Origin: an uncultured Chloroflexia bacterium
GTDB lineage: Bacteria; Chloroflexota; UBA6077; JACCZL01
Direction of reading: 5' to 3'
Assembly: GCA_963765765.1 (NCBI GenBank)
Contig: CAVXYC010000006.1
Coordinates: forward strand, 1-39,029
DNA length: 39,029 nt
Both the position numbers and the translations under genes were made by a program. The notes under the pieces were generated by a model, which was not told where the DNA came from, did not search any database, and was given only the letters and a program-made list of their open reading frames with translations. This document shows, one piece after another, positions 20,839 through 30,400 of the stretch (positions are counted from its first letter, which is position 1; each line of letters starts with the position of its first letter).

Positions 20839-21948
20839 CTACGAAACTTCGGAAGCCCGAGTTTGCGCGAGCATCGCCTCGCCGCCCAACCGCGCACCGC
20901 GCTCATCCTGGAGCGCTTGCAGTTCAACAATTACCGAAAAATGATCGCTGTCGCCGTTCGGTCCAACGCGCGCAGACCGGGCCCGCAGCCGCCCCTGGTA
21001 GAACACGTGATCAAGGCGTACAAGCGGTGGCGAACGACGCTCGTACAATTTCTTCCCATGTGGCGTTGCCGCGGGATAGGTGAAGCCGAAGCCGGAACCC
21101 GCATCCTCAAAAGCGTCGTTAAGATACGCACGGATGGACCGATAGTCTGCACTCTGGTCCGTAAGGTTGAAATCACCGGCAACAACGACGTCAAGATCAT
21201 CAACGGGTAGCCGGTCGATGAGCTGTCGCACCTCCATTGAGCGGTTAACAGAGTTAAATGGCCACCCCTGGCGGCCAAACTTAACCATCGGGCTCATGAG
21301 ATGGACGTTGAACAGCGCTACTCGGCGCCCAGCCCAGTTCACGTGAATCTCTTGTCCGTACCATCCGTCTGAGCTGAGCTGAAACCGCTGCTCCTTCTCA
21401 AAAGGCAAGCGACTGAGTACCGCGGTGCCCCGCGCTCTCGCTGAGGGGTAGATTGCCTGATATGGATAGTCGTCCAGAAGATCAGGCCCCAGAGGCTCAC
21501 CCATCGCCGGTATCACTTCCTGCAGCATCACGATATCGGCATCTGACTCGCGTATCGCACGGACGGTCGCATCGATCGATCGCGGGCGGCACAGGAGGTT
21601 CAGCGTCATAATGCGCAGCCCCAGACGGTCGCTAAGCTCACCCGACTTTGGTAGAAACCGCTTTCGGTAGAACAGAGCGAGCACGCTTCCGGGTATAAGC
21701 GCGGCAACGATGCCAATCGGGGACCGCCGCAGCAATGACAGCAGAAGCAATGGCACCGTCGGCGCGAGCAGGAAGGGGGTGAACTCATTTACGAGCTGCA
21801 GCCACCACGGCCGATCCCCGGTGAGCCGACGAAGCACGAGCCAGAGTGTAGTAAGCCCCGCGTACAGCACCGCGAGCGCGTTCATGAATGGCCATCCATT
21901 GAGGTAATGAGATGCTCGCCCCGGTCCGCCGCGCTGCCGAGCGATCAT
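20839..21948 (-). CDS. Membrane-anchored endonuclease/exonuclease/phosphatase (EEP) family protein
   Basis: N-terminal TM helices; TLN, LQE, NVHL, AGDFN, RLDHVF and SDH. Start uncertain (21948 or 21885). Confidence 0.9.
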   Translation of the reverse strand: MIARQRGGPGRASHYLNGWPFMNALAVLYAGLTTLWLVLRRLTGDRPWWLQLVNEFTPFLLAPTVPLLLLSLLRRSPIGIVAALIPGSVLALFYRKRFLPKSGELSDRLGLRIMTLNLLCRPRSIDATVRAIRESDADIVMLQEVIPAMGEPLGPDLLDDYPYQAIYPSARARGTAVLSRLPFEKEQRFQLSSDGWYGQEIHVNWAGRRVALFNVHLMSPMVKFGRQGWPFNSVNRSMEVRQLIDRLPVDDLDVVVAGDFNLTDQSADYRSIRAYLNDAFEDAGSGFGFTYPAATPHGKKLYERRSPPLVRLDHVFYQGRLRARSARVGPNGDSDHFSVIVELQALQDERGARLGGEAMLAQTRASEVS

Positions 21949-22036
21949 GCTCCGCCGTTCAGAAATGGACGATCCAGTTGAGGGTAACGGATTTCTGAAC
22001 TCCGAGTGCCAGATTTGGAGTCCCATGGGCGCCGTA

Positions 22037-22045
22037 TGGTAAGCT
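22037..22045 (+). promoter_or_regulatory. Extended -10 promoter for tRNA-Asp
   Basis: TG-G-TAAGCT about 25 bp upstream of the tRNA. Confidence 0.5.
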
Positions 22046-22069
22046 ACATGAGCCGAGCCGATCGGCCCG

Positions 22070-22143
22070 GGTCCCGTGGTGTAGTGGCCAAACATGCGTC
22101 CCTGTCAAGGACGAGATCGGGGGTTCGAATCCCCTCGGGACCG
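22070..22143 (+). tRNA. tRNA-Asp(GTC)
   Basis: Acceptor GGTCCCG/CGGGACC plus G discriminator; anticodon arm CGTCC-CT-GTC-AA-GGACG; T arm GGGGG-TTCGAAT-CCCCT; CCA not encoded. Confidence 0.97.
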
Positions 22144-22160
22144 CCCATTCAAACTCTGAG

Positions 22161-22367
22161 TTGACGCGCCTGGCGGCACGTGGCCTGTACCCCGTGCCGT
22201 CTTTTCACGCCACCAATCGGAAGTTCCGGATCCCGCATTCTGAGTGGCCTCGCCTGGTCGAGCGGGCTTCGCAGCTCAGCCTGCGCCAGCTCGCCCGCGA
22301 GTACGGCGTCTCCCACGAGGCCGTGAGGGGCGCACTCCGGGCGGCATCCGTCTCCCACGGTCAGTAG
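22161..22367 (+). pseudogene. Small HTH ORF or gene fragment abutting tRNA 3' end
   Basis: SLRQLAREYGVSHEAVR helix-turn-helix; no RBS; the frame is open back through the tRNA. Confidence 0.55.
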
Positions 22368-22417
22368 ATTCCGTGCCGCGTTCCTGCGTCGGATCGCCGG
22401 CTTTGTACTTCTACGTG

Positions 22418-22615
22418 GTCATCCCGATGCATATTGCCCGGTGATAAACCGGAGCGTCTCGCAGGGCTTCCGTTTCAAGTGACCGTCGCACTGTAATGGC
22501 TCGGTATCGAGGGCAACGGTGCGGCGGCATCCCGGACGATGAGCGGCGTTGTCAAGCGCCCGGCGCGACAGAAGTCGGTTCCGATAACCGTGTTTCCGGC
22601 CCCTTATCTGGAACC
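22418..22615 (+). repeat. Repeat copy A: 25-bp invariant end plus dif-like inverted arms spaced 16 bp
   Basis: GTCATCCCGATGCATATTGCCCGGT (22418-22442) is identical to 36477-36501. Shared TTCCGTT..CTGTAA and TGTCAAG blocks, then GGTTCCGATAA-N16-TTATCTGGAACC (22577-22615). Confidence 0.85.
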
Positions 22616-22651
22616 TGCGTCATCCAATCTCGAGAGACGGTCCACGGCGGT

Positions 22652-22679
22652 GGTTCCGATAATGGGGGGTTATCGGAAC
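22652..22679. other. Symmetric dif-like / tyrosine-recombinase core site
   Basis: GGTTCCGATAA-TGGGGGG-TTATCGGAAC: perfect 10-bp inverted arms with inner ATAA/TTAT. Confidence 0.55.
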
Positions 22680-22705
22680 GAGCGGTCGCCACGAGCGGGG
22701 TTCCG

Positions 22706-22857
22706 CTAGCCCGGATTATTCACCGGAGTTCGGAGCAGGCGAACTTGTCGAAACTGCTCCTTGCGGCAACCCGCATCACAACGCAACAGCGGCACAGGAA
22801 GCTGCTCCGAACCGCTATTGCGAGTCGGTCTCATTACCGGTGAATAACCCGGGCTAG
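22706..22857. mobile_element. 152-bp MITE (non-autonomous IS derivative)
   Basis: CTAGCCCGGATTATTCACCGG ... CCGGTGAATAACCCGGGCTAG (20/21 inverted match, CTAG at both ends); inner IR GTTCGGAGCAG/CTGCTCCGAAC; no transposase. Confidence 0.8.
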
Positions 22858-22966
22858 GACTGCCCGGGCGCTGGGCAGTCCTTACCCATTGATGTATCGA
22901 CGAATTAGAGAGGCAGGTCACGAGCCCGTGATGGCGTTCGCTGTGAGGCGAGCGTCTGCATCGAAC

Positions 22967-23701
22967 TCAGCGGGGCCAGAGCACCAGCTCCTGCGTCCAG
23001 GCTCGGACGGGTTGGAGCACTGCGTGGAGCACGGAGTCGGCAACATCCTCCGGCTCCAGGAACTTGTCGCCGCTGGCCAGCCGCTCATCGCGCGTCCGGC
23101 CTCCAAAATCGGTTAGGGTGCTGCCGGGCACAATGGTGGTGCAGCGGATAGATTCGGACTCTACTTCCGCCGCCAGTGCTCGCATGAAGCCTTCCATCGC
23201 CGCCTTAGAGGCGCAATAGGCCGTCATGTTCGGTCGGCCCAGCCTCCCATTCACGGAGGAGATGGCGATGATCTGGCCGCGCCCACACGTGCGGATGGCC
23301 GGAAGGGCCGCCCGCGCCGTGTGGTAAAGGCCGAACAGGTTGACATCGATCACTCGACGCCACTCCTCGGGCGCCTGTTCAGCGATGGGCCCATAATGCC
23401 CGACGCCCGCATTGTTAATCACGATGCTTAAGCTACCCAACCGGTCGACCGTCTGCTCCACCACGGACTCCATCGAGCGTTGGTCAGTCACGTCGCCAAC
23501 GACGGGGAGCAGCGTGCCGTTGTCCAGCGACAACGACGCGGCAGCCTGGTCTAACAGCCTCCCATCGCGCGCCACCAGCGTCACCGCACCCCCGGCCTCC
23601 AATAGCTTCCGCGCAATCGCGAGGCCGATGCCTCGGCTGCCGCCTGTGATCAGTGCCACCTGGCCGGCGAGTGGCTGGTCAGGAAATTCGTCCCTACTCA
23701 C
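22967..23701 (-). CDS. Classical SDR oxidoreductase
   Basis: TGGSRGIG, NNAG and YCASK; GGAGG RBS. Confidence 0.93.
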   Translation of the reverse strand: MSRDEFPDQPLAGQVALITGGSRGIGLAIARKLLEAGGAVTLVARDGRLLDQAAASLSLDNGTLLPVVGDVTDQRSMESVVEQTVDRLGSLSIVINNAGVGHYGPIAEQAPEEWRRVIDVNLFGLYHTARAALPAIRTCGRGQIIAISSVNGRLGRPNMTAYCASKAAMEGFMRALAAEVESESIRCTTIVPGSTLTDFGGRTRDERLASGDKFLEPEDVADSVLHAVLQPVRAWTQELVLWPR

Positions 23702-23979
23702 GACTCCTCCATTGAGGCGAGAGCCGGTGGATCAGCCCGAGGGCTCCAGCCGTGCGGAACCTCGGTTCCAAGCTCTTGTTCGGGAACCGTGGATCATCGC
23801 ACCCCTGCGATGCCAGTCTCGCTCCAATGAGTACGTAGTGACCCCCAGGTAAGGGGGCGAGAGCCACCGATGCGCGAAATTTATCGCCTCCGAACGGCCG
23901 TCAGCTCCAGCGCGGCCGAATGACACCGCCCATCGGGTTGCTGCGCGGGACCTACAGACCGGCAGACACTCCTGGTGAG

Positions 23980-24594
23980 CTAAATCTCGGCTTGTGCCAT
24001 GGGCGCTGGGGGCATGCCCTGACGAATCTCTTGGATTGTCGCAACACCGACGGTGAAGTCTAGCTCGGCGAAGCTCAGTCTGCGCAATGAGTCCCGCGCC
24101 TCGCCGCACGATCCTGGGTTAACGGCCAGCGTGTGACCAAGTCGCCTGGACATGGCAATATGAGTATGCCCCAGCAGCAAGACGTCAACTGCGGCGGATT
24201 CCAGTCTGGCCAGCGAGTCCCGATCATGCTCCATCACGTACTGGCAGTGATACTGGTCCGGAGCGTCCCACGGGGCGCCATGGACTAGCTTCACGGTACG
24301 TCCATTGAACGTGAAATCCCGCTGAGCGGGAAGACTCTCGAGATACGCAATATCATCCGTCGCCAATTGTGAACGCAGGCGTGAGCCACTGTGCAGCAGG
24401 ATTGTCTTCTCGTGGTTCCCTACGATCCCGTGCAGATGGGCGTCCTTGGCCATTTGTATGATCTCGGGGTTGACGCGGTAATCGCTGACCAGATCGCCGA
24501 GATGGAAGATCACGTCGCAACCGCGAAGGTACTCCAGAGCGTAGGCCAGCGCCTCGACATGGTTGTGAACGTCGGAGACTACCCCGATCTTCAC
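23980..24594 (-). CDS. Metallophosphoesterase (YfcE/MJ0936-like)
   Basis: SDVH, GD, GNHE, HG, GHTH and NPGS. Confidence 0.9.
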   Translation of the reverse strand: MKIGVVSDVHNHVEALAYALEYLRGCDVIFHLGDLVSDYRVNPEIIQMAKDAHLHGIVGNHEKTILLHSGSRLRSQLATDDIAYLESLPAQRDFTFNGRTVKLVHGAPWDAPDQYHCQYVMEHDRDSLARLESAAVDVLLLGHTHIAMSRRLGHTLAVNPGSCGEARDSLRRLSFAELDFTVGVATIQEIRQGMPPAPMAQAEI

Positions 24595-24667
24595 AGCGCA
24601 CGCCGCCGGTCTGACTCGTTCCTACGATGTTTAGGCAGATTGAACGTACAGTCGAAGCCACCCACCC

Positions 24668-25520
24668 TTATATGCCAAGAAGTTTCCTGGCATTGTCGAC
24701 CATGATCTTCTGGCGAACCTCGGGCTTGAATGGCAGCTCGGCGAATTCAGTGAGATATCGTTCAAGCTGGATCAAAGGCGAATCCGTCCCAAAGAGCACG
24801 CGATCTTGCAGGATTCGAGCCGGGATATTGAACGAACTGGGGCGGAAAGTACTTTGGTGCCCACCCAGATAGGTCGATGTAATAGTTGGATTTGTGGCGG
24901 CAGACTGCGAGCGCCTCATCCTGCCACGGCCATGATGGATGGGCCCCGATGATTTTCAGCTCTGGAAAGTCAGCCGCAATATCATCCAGGTCCGGAATCG
25001 GGCGTGTATACTGGAGCTTGAAGCCAGAGCCGCCCGGGTGCTCGGCGCCCGCGCCCATCATCCCAGTATGGAACAGCACCGGTAGGTTCCGTTTGGCGCA
25101 CTCCTCCCACACGGGATAGAACATCTTGTCGTTGGCATGCAGCATCTGGCGGCCGGGGTTGATCTCCCCAATCCCCTTCATCCCCAACTCTTCATGGCAG
25201 CGCTTCACTTCCTCGACGGCCTTTTTCCCGAACCATGGCTCCACCACACCGAAGGCCATGAGCACATCTGGGAACAGCCGCTGTGCCTCGGCGAGATGAT
25301 CGTTGGGAACGCTGGGGTTCCCGCTTGACCATTCGTCAGTAGAGTTCATCAAGCATGCCATCATCTGGTGCTCGCGGTACCGGTCGGCCATGACTTCCCA
25401 GGGCACCACCTCTTGTTTGCTGCCAAAATAGGCGGCCATCTGCGCCCGACGCGCGCCACCATAACTCATCGTCAGTTCGGTGCGGGGATGGACGTGGATA
25501 TCGATGCCCTTGAGCTCCAA
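24668..25520 (-). CDS. Amidohydrolase, CouO-like (4-hydroxyphenyl-beta-ketoacyl-CoA hydrolase family); frameshift near 24820
   Basis: DIHVH, FHTG, AHPSWPWQDEALAV, IDLSGWAPKYFP and LFGTD. Confidence 0.88.
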
Positions 25521-25552
25521 GATGATTCTCCTCTTCCCTACATCCTCGGGAA

Positions 25553-26020
25553 TCAGTCGGCTGTTTCGGATACGAACACAGGAAACTTGCCGCCCACTTC
25601 GAGATCTCGGAAATCCACTCGCATGCGGTCGCCGATCTGAATGCTCGAACCCTCGGCGGGGAAGAGCCGGGCGAAGAGGTGCACACCCTCATCAAGTCGA
25701 ACCATGCCCAGGAAATACGGCACCGACCCAGTGAGCTCAGGAAAGGTAGCCCGATGGAGCTCACTGAAGGTGTAGACCTCACCGCGCCCTTCAACTCGCT
25801 TCCATTCGAGATTGGTCAAGCCGCAGCCCGAGCACATGATTCGCCTGGGGTGAAGAAATCGGCCACACTCCGTGCAATGCTTGAGGCGTAGCTCGTCGGC
25901 GTCCACCCCATCCCAGTAACCGGTCGTTTCGGGAGATCCCTCGGCCATGCCTCGGGCGTGATCGCCGATCCTTACCTGGAGGCCGTTGGTCCAGTCAGGC
26001 CGCTCCATTGCGCTCATCAT
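25553..26020 (-). CDS. DUF35 Zn-ribbon/OB-fold protein
   Basis: CTECG...PRRIMCSGCG, GRGEVYTFS and PYFLGMVRLDEG. Confidence 0.92.
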   Translation of the reverse strand: MMSAMERPDWTNGLQVRIGDHARGMAEGSPETTGYWDGVDADELRLKHCTECGRFLHPRRIMCSGCGLTNLEWKRVEGRGEVYTFSELHRATFPELTGSVPYFLGMVRLDEGVHLFARLFPAEGSSIQIGDRMRVDFRDLEVGGKFPVFVSETAD

Positions 26021-26026
26021 TCGCTC

Positions 26027-27263
26027 CTAATTCACTCGCTCATTGGACAGCAACACGACGGTGTGACAGGCCATCGGTCCGCCGTGGCCGTGGACGAGCG
26101 CAACCCGTGCGTTGGGTACCTGCTTCCCGATGGCCTTACCGCGCAGCTGATCGATACTTTCCATCAGGAGGTACTGGCCCTGCGCCGATTGGCCGAAGGA
26201 TAAGTAGCCGCCGGATGTGTTGAAAGGGCGACCTCCGTCATAGTCGATACCGCCCGATTCCACGAACCGGCCCGCCTCGCCCTGGCTCGCAATAGCCAAA
26301 CTCCTCCAACGCCATGAGCACGAAGAAGCTGAAGGGGGCCGAGGTCTGTCCGAGATCTACGTCTTTGTTCGAGAGCCCAGACATCGCGTAGGCCTCGCGC
26401 GCGGCGACGAGCGCCCCGGTCCGCGTGATGTTTGGCCGGTCCTGGGCGGGATCCACTCCCCACAGCTCCATCCGATCGGTGATCCATTCGTGAGTGATCC
26501 GCGCACCGATTCCCGCGATGTAGATAGGATCCGCGCGTTTCTGTTCGGCGAGATCGGACCGAGTCATGACCACTGCCGTGGCGATGCCGCCGGGGAACCA
26601 GGGTGCGCAGTCCAGTCGATGCATGGGAGACGCGATCATCGGCGAGTTCAGCACGTCGTCCACCGTGATCGGGCCTTTTGAGTACATCGCGGCGTCTGGC
26701 TGGTGGAGCGCCCAGCTGCGGTTCTCAACACACGCTCTGGCTAGCTGCTCGCCGGTGATGCCGGACTCGTACATATAGCGGGTGGCGGCTTGCGCGTAGA
26801 GCGCGACCGTGCTCACGCCATACGGCGCCTCGAACTGCGGATCGGCTTCTCCAGCGGCGGAACCGGCAAACCGATCCTCGCGGCTCATCGATATCAGCCC
26901 ACTCGCGTCGCCGCTGGTGCACAGCGCGTAGTCGATGACACCGGCCTGCAGGGCCATCGCCGCGTACTGCATGGAACCGAGTGCTCCGGCGCCATGGGAG
27001 GTAATTTCGCTGGTGAACGTCGGTGAGACCTTCAGCTCGTTCATCACGCGCTGATTGAATTGATAGACATGGTACGAAGACGGAGACCGACCGGTGAAGA
27101 CCGCGCCCACCTGTTCGCGGGTGATGCCCGCATCCTTCATGGCCGCCGCTGCCGCCTCAACCTGAAGCTGAAGCGGAGTCCGGTAGACACCGTCGCTGGC
27201 GCGAGCAATGAGCTTCGCCGATCCGACGATGGCCGATCCGCAAGACTCCAACCCTGTTGCCAT
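26027..27263 (-). CDS. Thiolase-like (SCP2/Ltp2-type) protein; frameshift near 26285
   Basis: PITVDDVLNSPMIASP, ALEEFGYCEPGE, NTSGGYLS and VHGHGG; adjacent to DUF35. Confidence 0.88.
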
Positions 27264-27367
27264 CCTTGACCTCACTCGATGTTCATGTCTGTGTGCGCGT
27301 TCGGGAGTTCGGGACACAAGAAATCCGTCTGTGCTCGTGGCGCACTCTGCGTAATTCGTCGAAGTCG

Positions 27368-28545
27368 TCAGAACACGCCCGCCGCGCGCATCCGATCGAT
27401 GGCAGCGGTGTCGTACCCCGCGGTCTTCAGAACCTCTTCCGTGTGTTCCCCCAGTGCCGGTGGGTGAATCGGATGAGGCGCTGGAGTTTCGGAGTACCCG
27501 ATGGCGCTTGCAACGGTCCGCAGCGCCGGCCGATCGGCCCGGTCGATCGTGATCTCCATCCCCATGTGTTTGATCTGCGGGTCTTCAAAGACCTCTTGCA
27601 AGTTATAAATCGGGGCGCAGGGAACGTCGTGCTCAAATCAACCGGCTCAGCCACTCAGACCGTGGGGCCGAAGCGAATATCGGCGCGAGCTCATCGTGCA
27701 GCTCGTCGTAATGGACACGTCGATCAGCCTGAGTACGGTACCGAGGGTCATCGATCAGCTCCGAGCGTCCGACCGCAGTGGCGAGTCCCTGCCAGAATTT
27801 TTGCGGCGATGACAGGTGGATGGTGAAGGGCAGCCCGTCGCCAGCACTCCAGGCGTAGGTTTGCGAGGACATCGGGCGGCTCCGTGGACCCCGCGGCGGG
27901 TTGCCGGCCAGCGCTTCAGTGGCTGGCGCAACCAGGAAGCCCAGCGTTGCTGCCACGAGTGAGGTGTCAACTCGCTGACCGTGTCCGGTCCGATCCCGAG
28001 CGACGAGTGCGCCGAGGATACCGGTAAGCCCCAAACACCCCAGCCAAGCTATCGGAGAAATTGGGGCCGACCGGCTATGGTGCCTCCCGCTCCGTGAGCA
28101 TGCTCACCAGTCCGCTCATCGCCTGGCCGACCCCATCGTAGGCGGGTCGCTTCGAGTAGGGCCCGCTATCCCCGAATCCGGTCAGTGCGCAATACACGAG
28201 TCGCTGATTGATGGCTCTGAGCTGTTCGTATCCGATACCCAGGCGATCCATAACGCCCGGCCGCATGTTCTCCAACAGCACGTCCGCGCTGGCGGCCAAG
28301 CGGCGAATCACCTCCGGGCCGTCTGGTGAACGCAGGTTCAAGGTGATGCTCTTCTTGCCGCGGTTGTAAGCCCAGAACGTGGGCTGCTCGCCGCCTCGTT
28401 GCCACCCCCGGAACGGATCGCCGCCCTCGGGATTCTCGACCTTGATGACCTCCGCACCCAGATCCGCCAGGAGCCCGCCGGCGTACGGACCAGCAATGAA
28501 GCTCGCGACTTCTAGCACGCGGATTCCATCCAGGGCTCCAGTCAT
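27368..28545 (-). CDS. CaiB/BaiF family III CoA-transferase (in-frame TAG at 28075-28077 plus two frameshifts; possible pseudogene)
   Basis: ALDGIRVLE, LADLGAEVIKVE, NRGKKSITLNL, ENMRPG, AYD, ARDRTGHGQ and PPALGEHT. Confidence 0.88.
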
Positions 28546-28601
28546 GACCGTCCTCTCCGTCCGGTGCAGAATAAATCGGGCGATGGGCACCTGAGCCTCG
28601 G

Positions 28602-30400
28602 CTACTCATACGAGATCCCAACGGCGTCGGCGTCTTTCGTTTGCCATCGCGGGCGCAATAGTCGGCCTGGAAGCCGGGTACACAGAAGCATCAATCCGGT
28701 CAGAGCCATTGACACCAACGAGATCACCGCGGCTGTCGTAGGCGCCGCCGCGTTTTCCAGCGTGACCCACAGAAGAATCGGCAGCGTGATCGATTCCGGG
28801 GAGTACAACATCACCGACGCTGTGGCCTCGTGCGATGCCAGCACCACCGCGTACATGAATGCCGCGAAGAGTGGGTTCGCCATGATTGGGACGTCCACAT
28901 CCATGATGATTCGGCCGGTGCGGGCTCCGGCCACCATGGCAGCCTCGCGAAGCTCATGCCCCAGCTGGATGTAGCTTGCGCTCACCGAGCTATACACAAT
29001 TGGCAGATATTTCGTGACCGCGGCGATGATCAGGATGAGCAAGGTCCCATAGATCGGCAACGGGACGAGAAAGTATGCCCACAGGAGGCCGATACCCAGG
29101 ACGACCGCGGGGAGTGCAATTGGCACTCGAATGAGCGAGTCGAGCCAGCCGGCGCTGAAGTGCGCCGGGCGCACGCCGTGAACGCTAACGGCCGTCAGGA
29201 CGCTGATGACCACCAGGATCGCCGCCCCTGACAGCCCGACCTTCATTGAATTCGTTATCGACGAGACGAGGTTTGGCGAAGTGAAGACGGTGACGAAGTT
29301 ACCGAAAGTCAGGATGCTCGGATCAAGGTGAAGGCCAGCAGTGTAGCGGGAGAGCGAAGTGAAGATGAGCGCCGCGAACGGCACGATACACGTGATGATG
29401 ATGTAAATCAGTGCCGCCATCGAGATGGGACCCCGGAGTCGAGCCAGCCGCATTCGGGTCCTGGCTTCGACCCTTGCCGCCGACGGATACGTAGCGCCGA
29501 GCATCTCCGACTATCCGTTTTTGTAGGAACAGACACGCGCTCACCATGATGATCAGCGTGAAGCCGATCACGGCGCTGTCCTGCCAGCGAGAAGGGGTGT
29601 ACTGGAGGTTCTTATCGACCTCCACGGCCAGCAGACTGATGCCGTTGCTGCCCGTGAGGATGGCAGGAATGGCAAACATCTCGAGACCGAGCACGAATGT
29701 TGTGATGGCCACGCCGATGATCGCCGGTCGGGCCAGTGGCAAACTCACGGTGGTGGCGATCTGCCAGGTGGAGGCCCCAGCTACGTTCGCCGCCTCCTCG
29801 CGAGCGTTGTCAAAATTCAGGAACGCCCGGCTCGACAAAGGCAAAGACGAACGGCGCGATGTGCGAGACGATGACGAACACAAGCCCACCAAAGGTGTAG
29901 ACGTCCACCCAGCTATTTCCCGTCAGCGCCAGCGGGACAGCGTTCAAGAGACCTACTCGGGGGGAGCCGAGCGTAATCCACGCGGCCGCGACGACGAACG
30001 GTGAGACCATGATGTTGCCGTAGAGACATAGGCGGATGAATCGCTTGTGCTTAATGTCAGTCCGCCCGAGCAGGAACGCGAGCGCAGATCCCAGACCGAC
30101 GGCGCCCACTGTGACCGCGAATGACAGTGACACGCTGTTCCATAAACTGTGCAAGAATGAGGGGCTCAGCAGGACCCGCGGCCAGTTGGCGACCGTGAAA
30201 AAACCACCCGGGCGGATGATGGAGCCCGACCAGAACGAGCCGAACAACGTGCCAATCACAGGGATGAGCGCCAGTACGGCAAGCAGGATGGCGACCACGA
30301 CAATGAGAATCGTCTCGTCACGAATGAGCCGCCGTGATCGTGATATTGAAGCGCGGCCGCGCGATCGAGCTAGCGGGGTAGCGATATCGAGTTGACTCAT
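28602..30400 (-). CDS. ABC transporter permease, FbpB/AfuB-type fused double domain (frameshifts near 29830 and 29460)
   Basis: Two EAA motifs (EEAANVAGAS; ELREAAMVAGA) and about 12 TM helices. Confidence 0.88.

Noticed and set aside
20839-22095. 418-aa extended EEP ORF starting inside the tRNA
   Set aside because: The N-terminal extension overlaps tRNA-Asp and its promoter; the real start is downstream.
23702-23979. Several short hairpins between the metallophosphoesterase and SDR as a riboswitch
   Set aside because: Stems of 5-7 bp are expected at this GC content, and there is no known motif.
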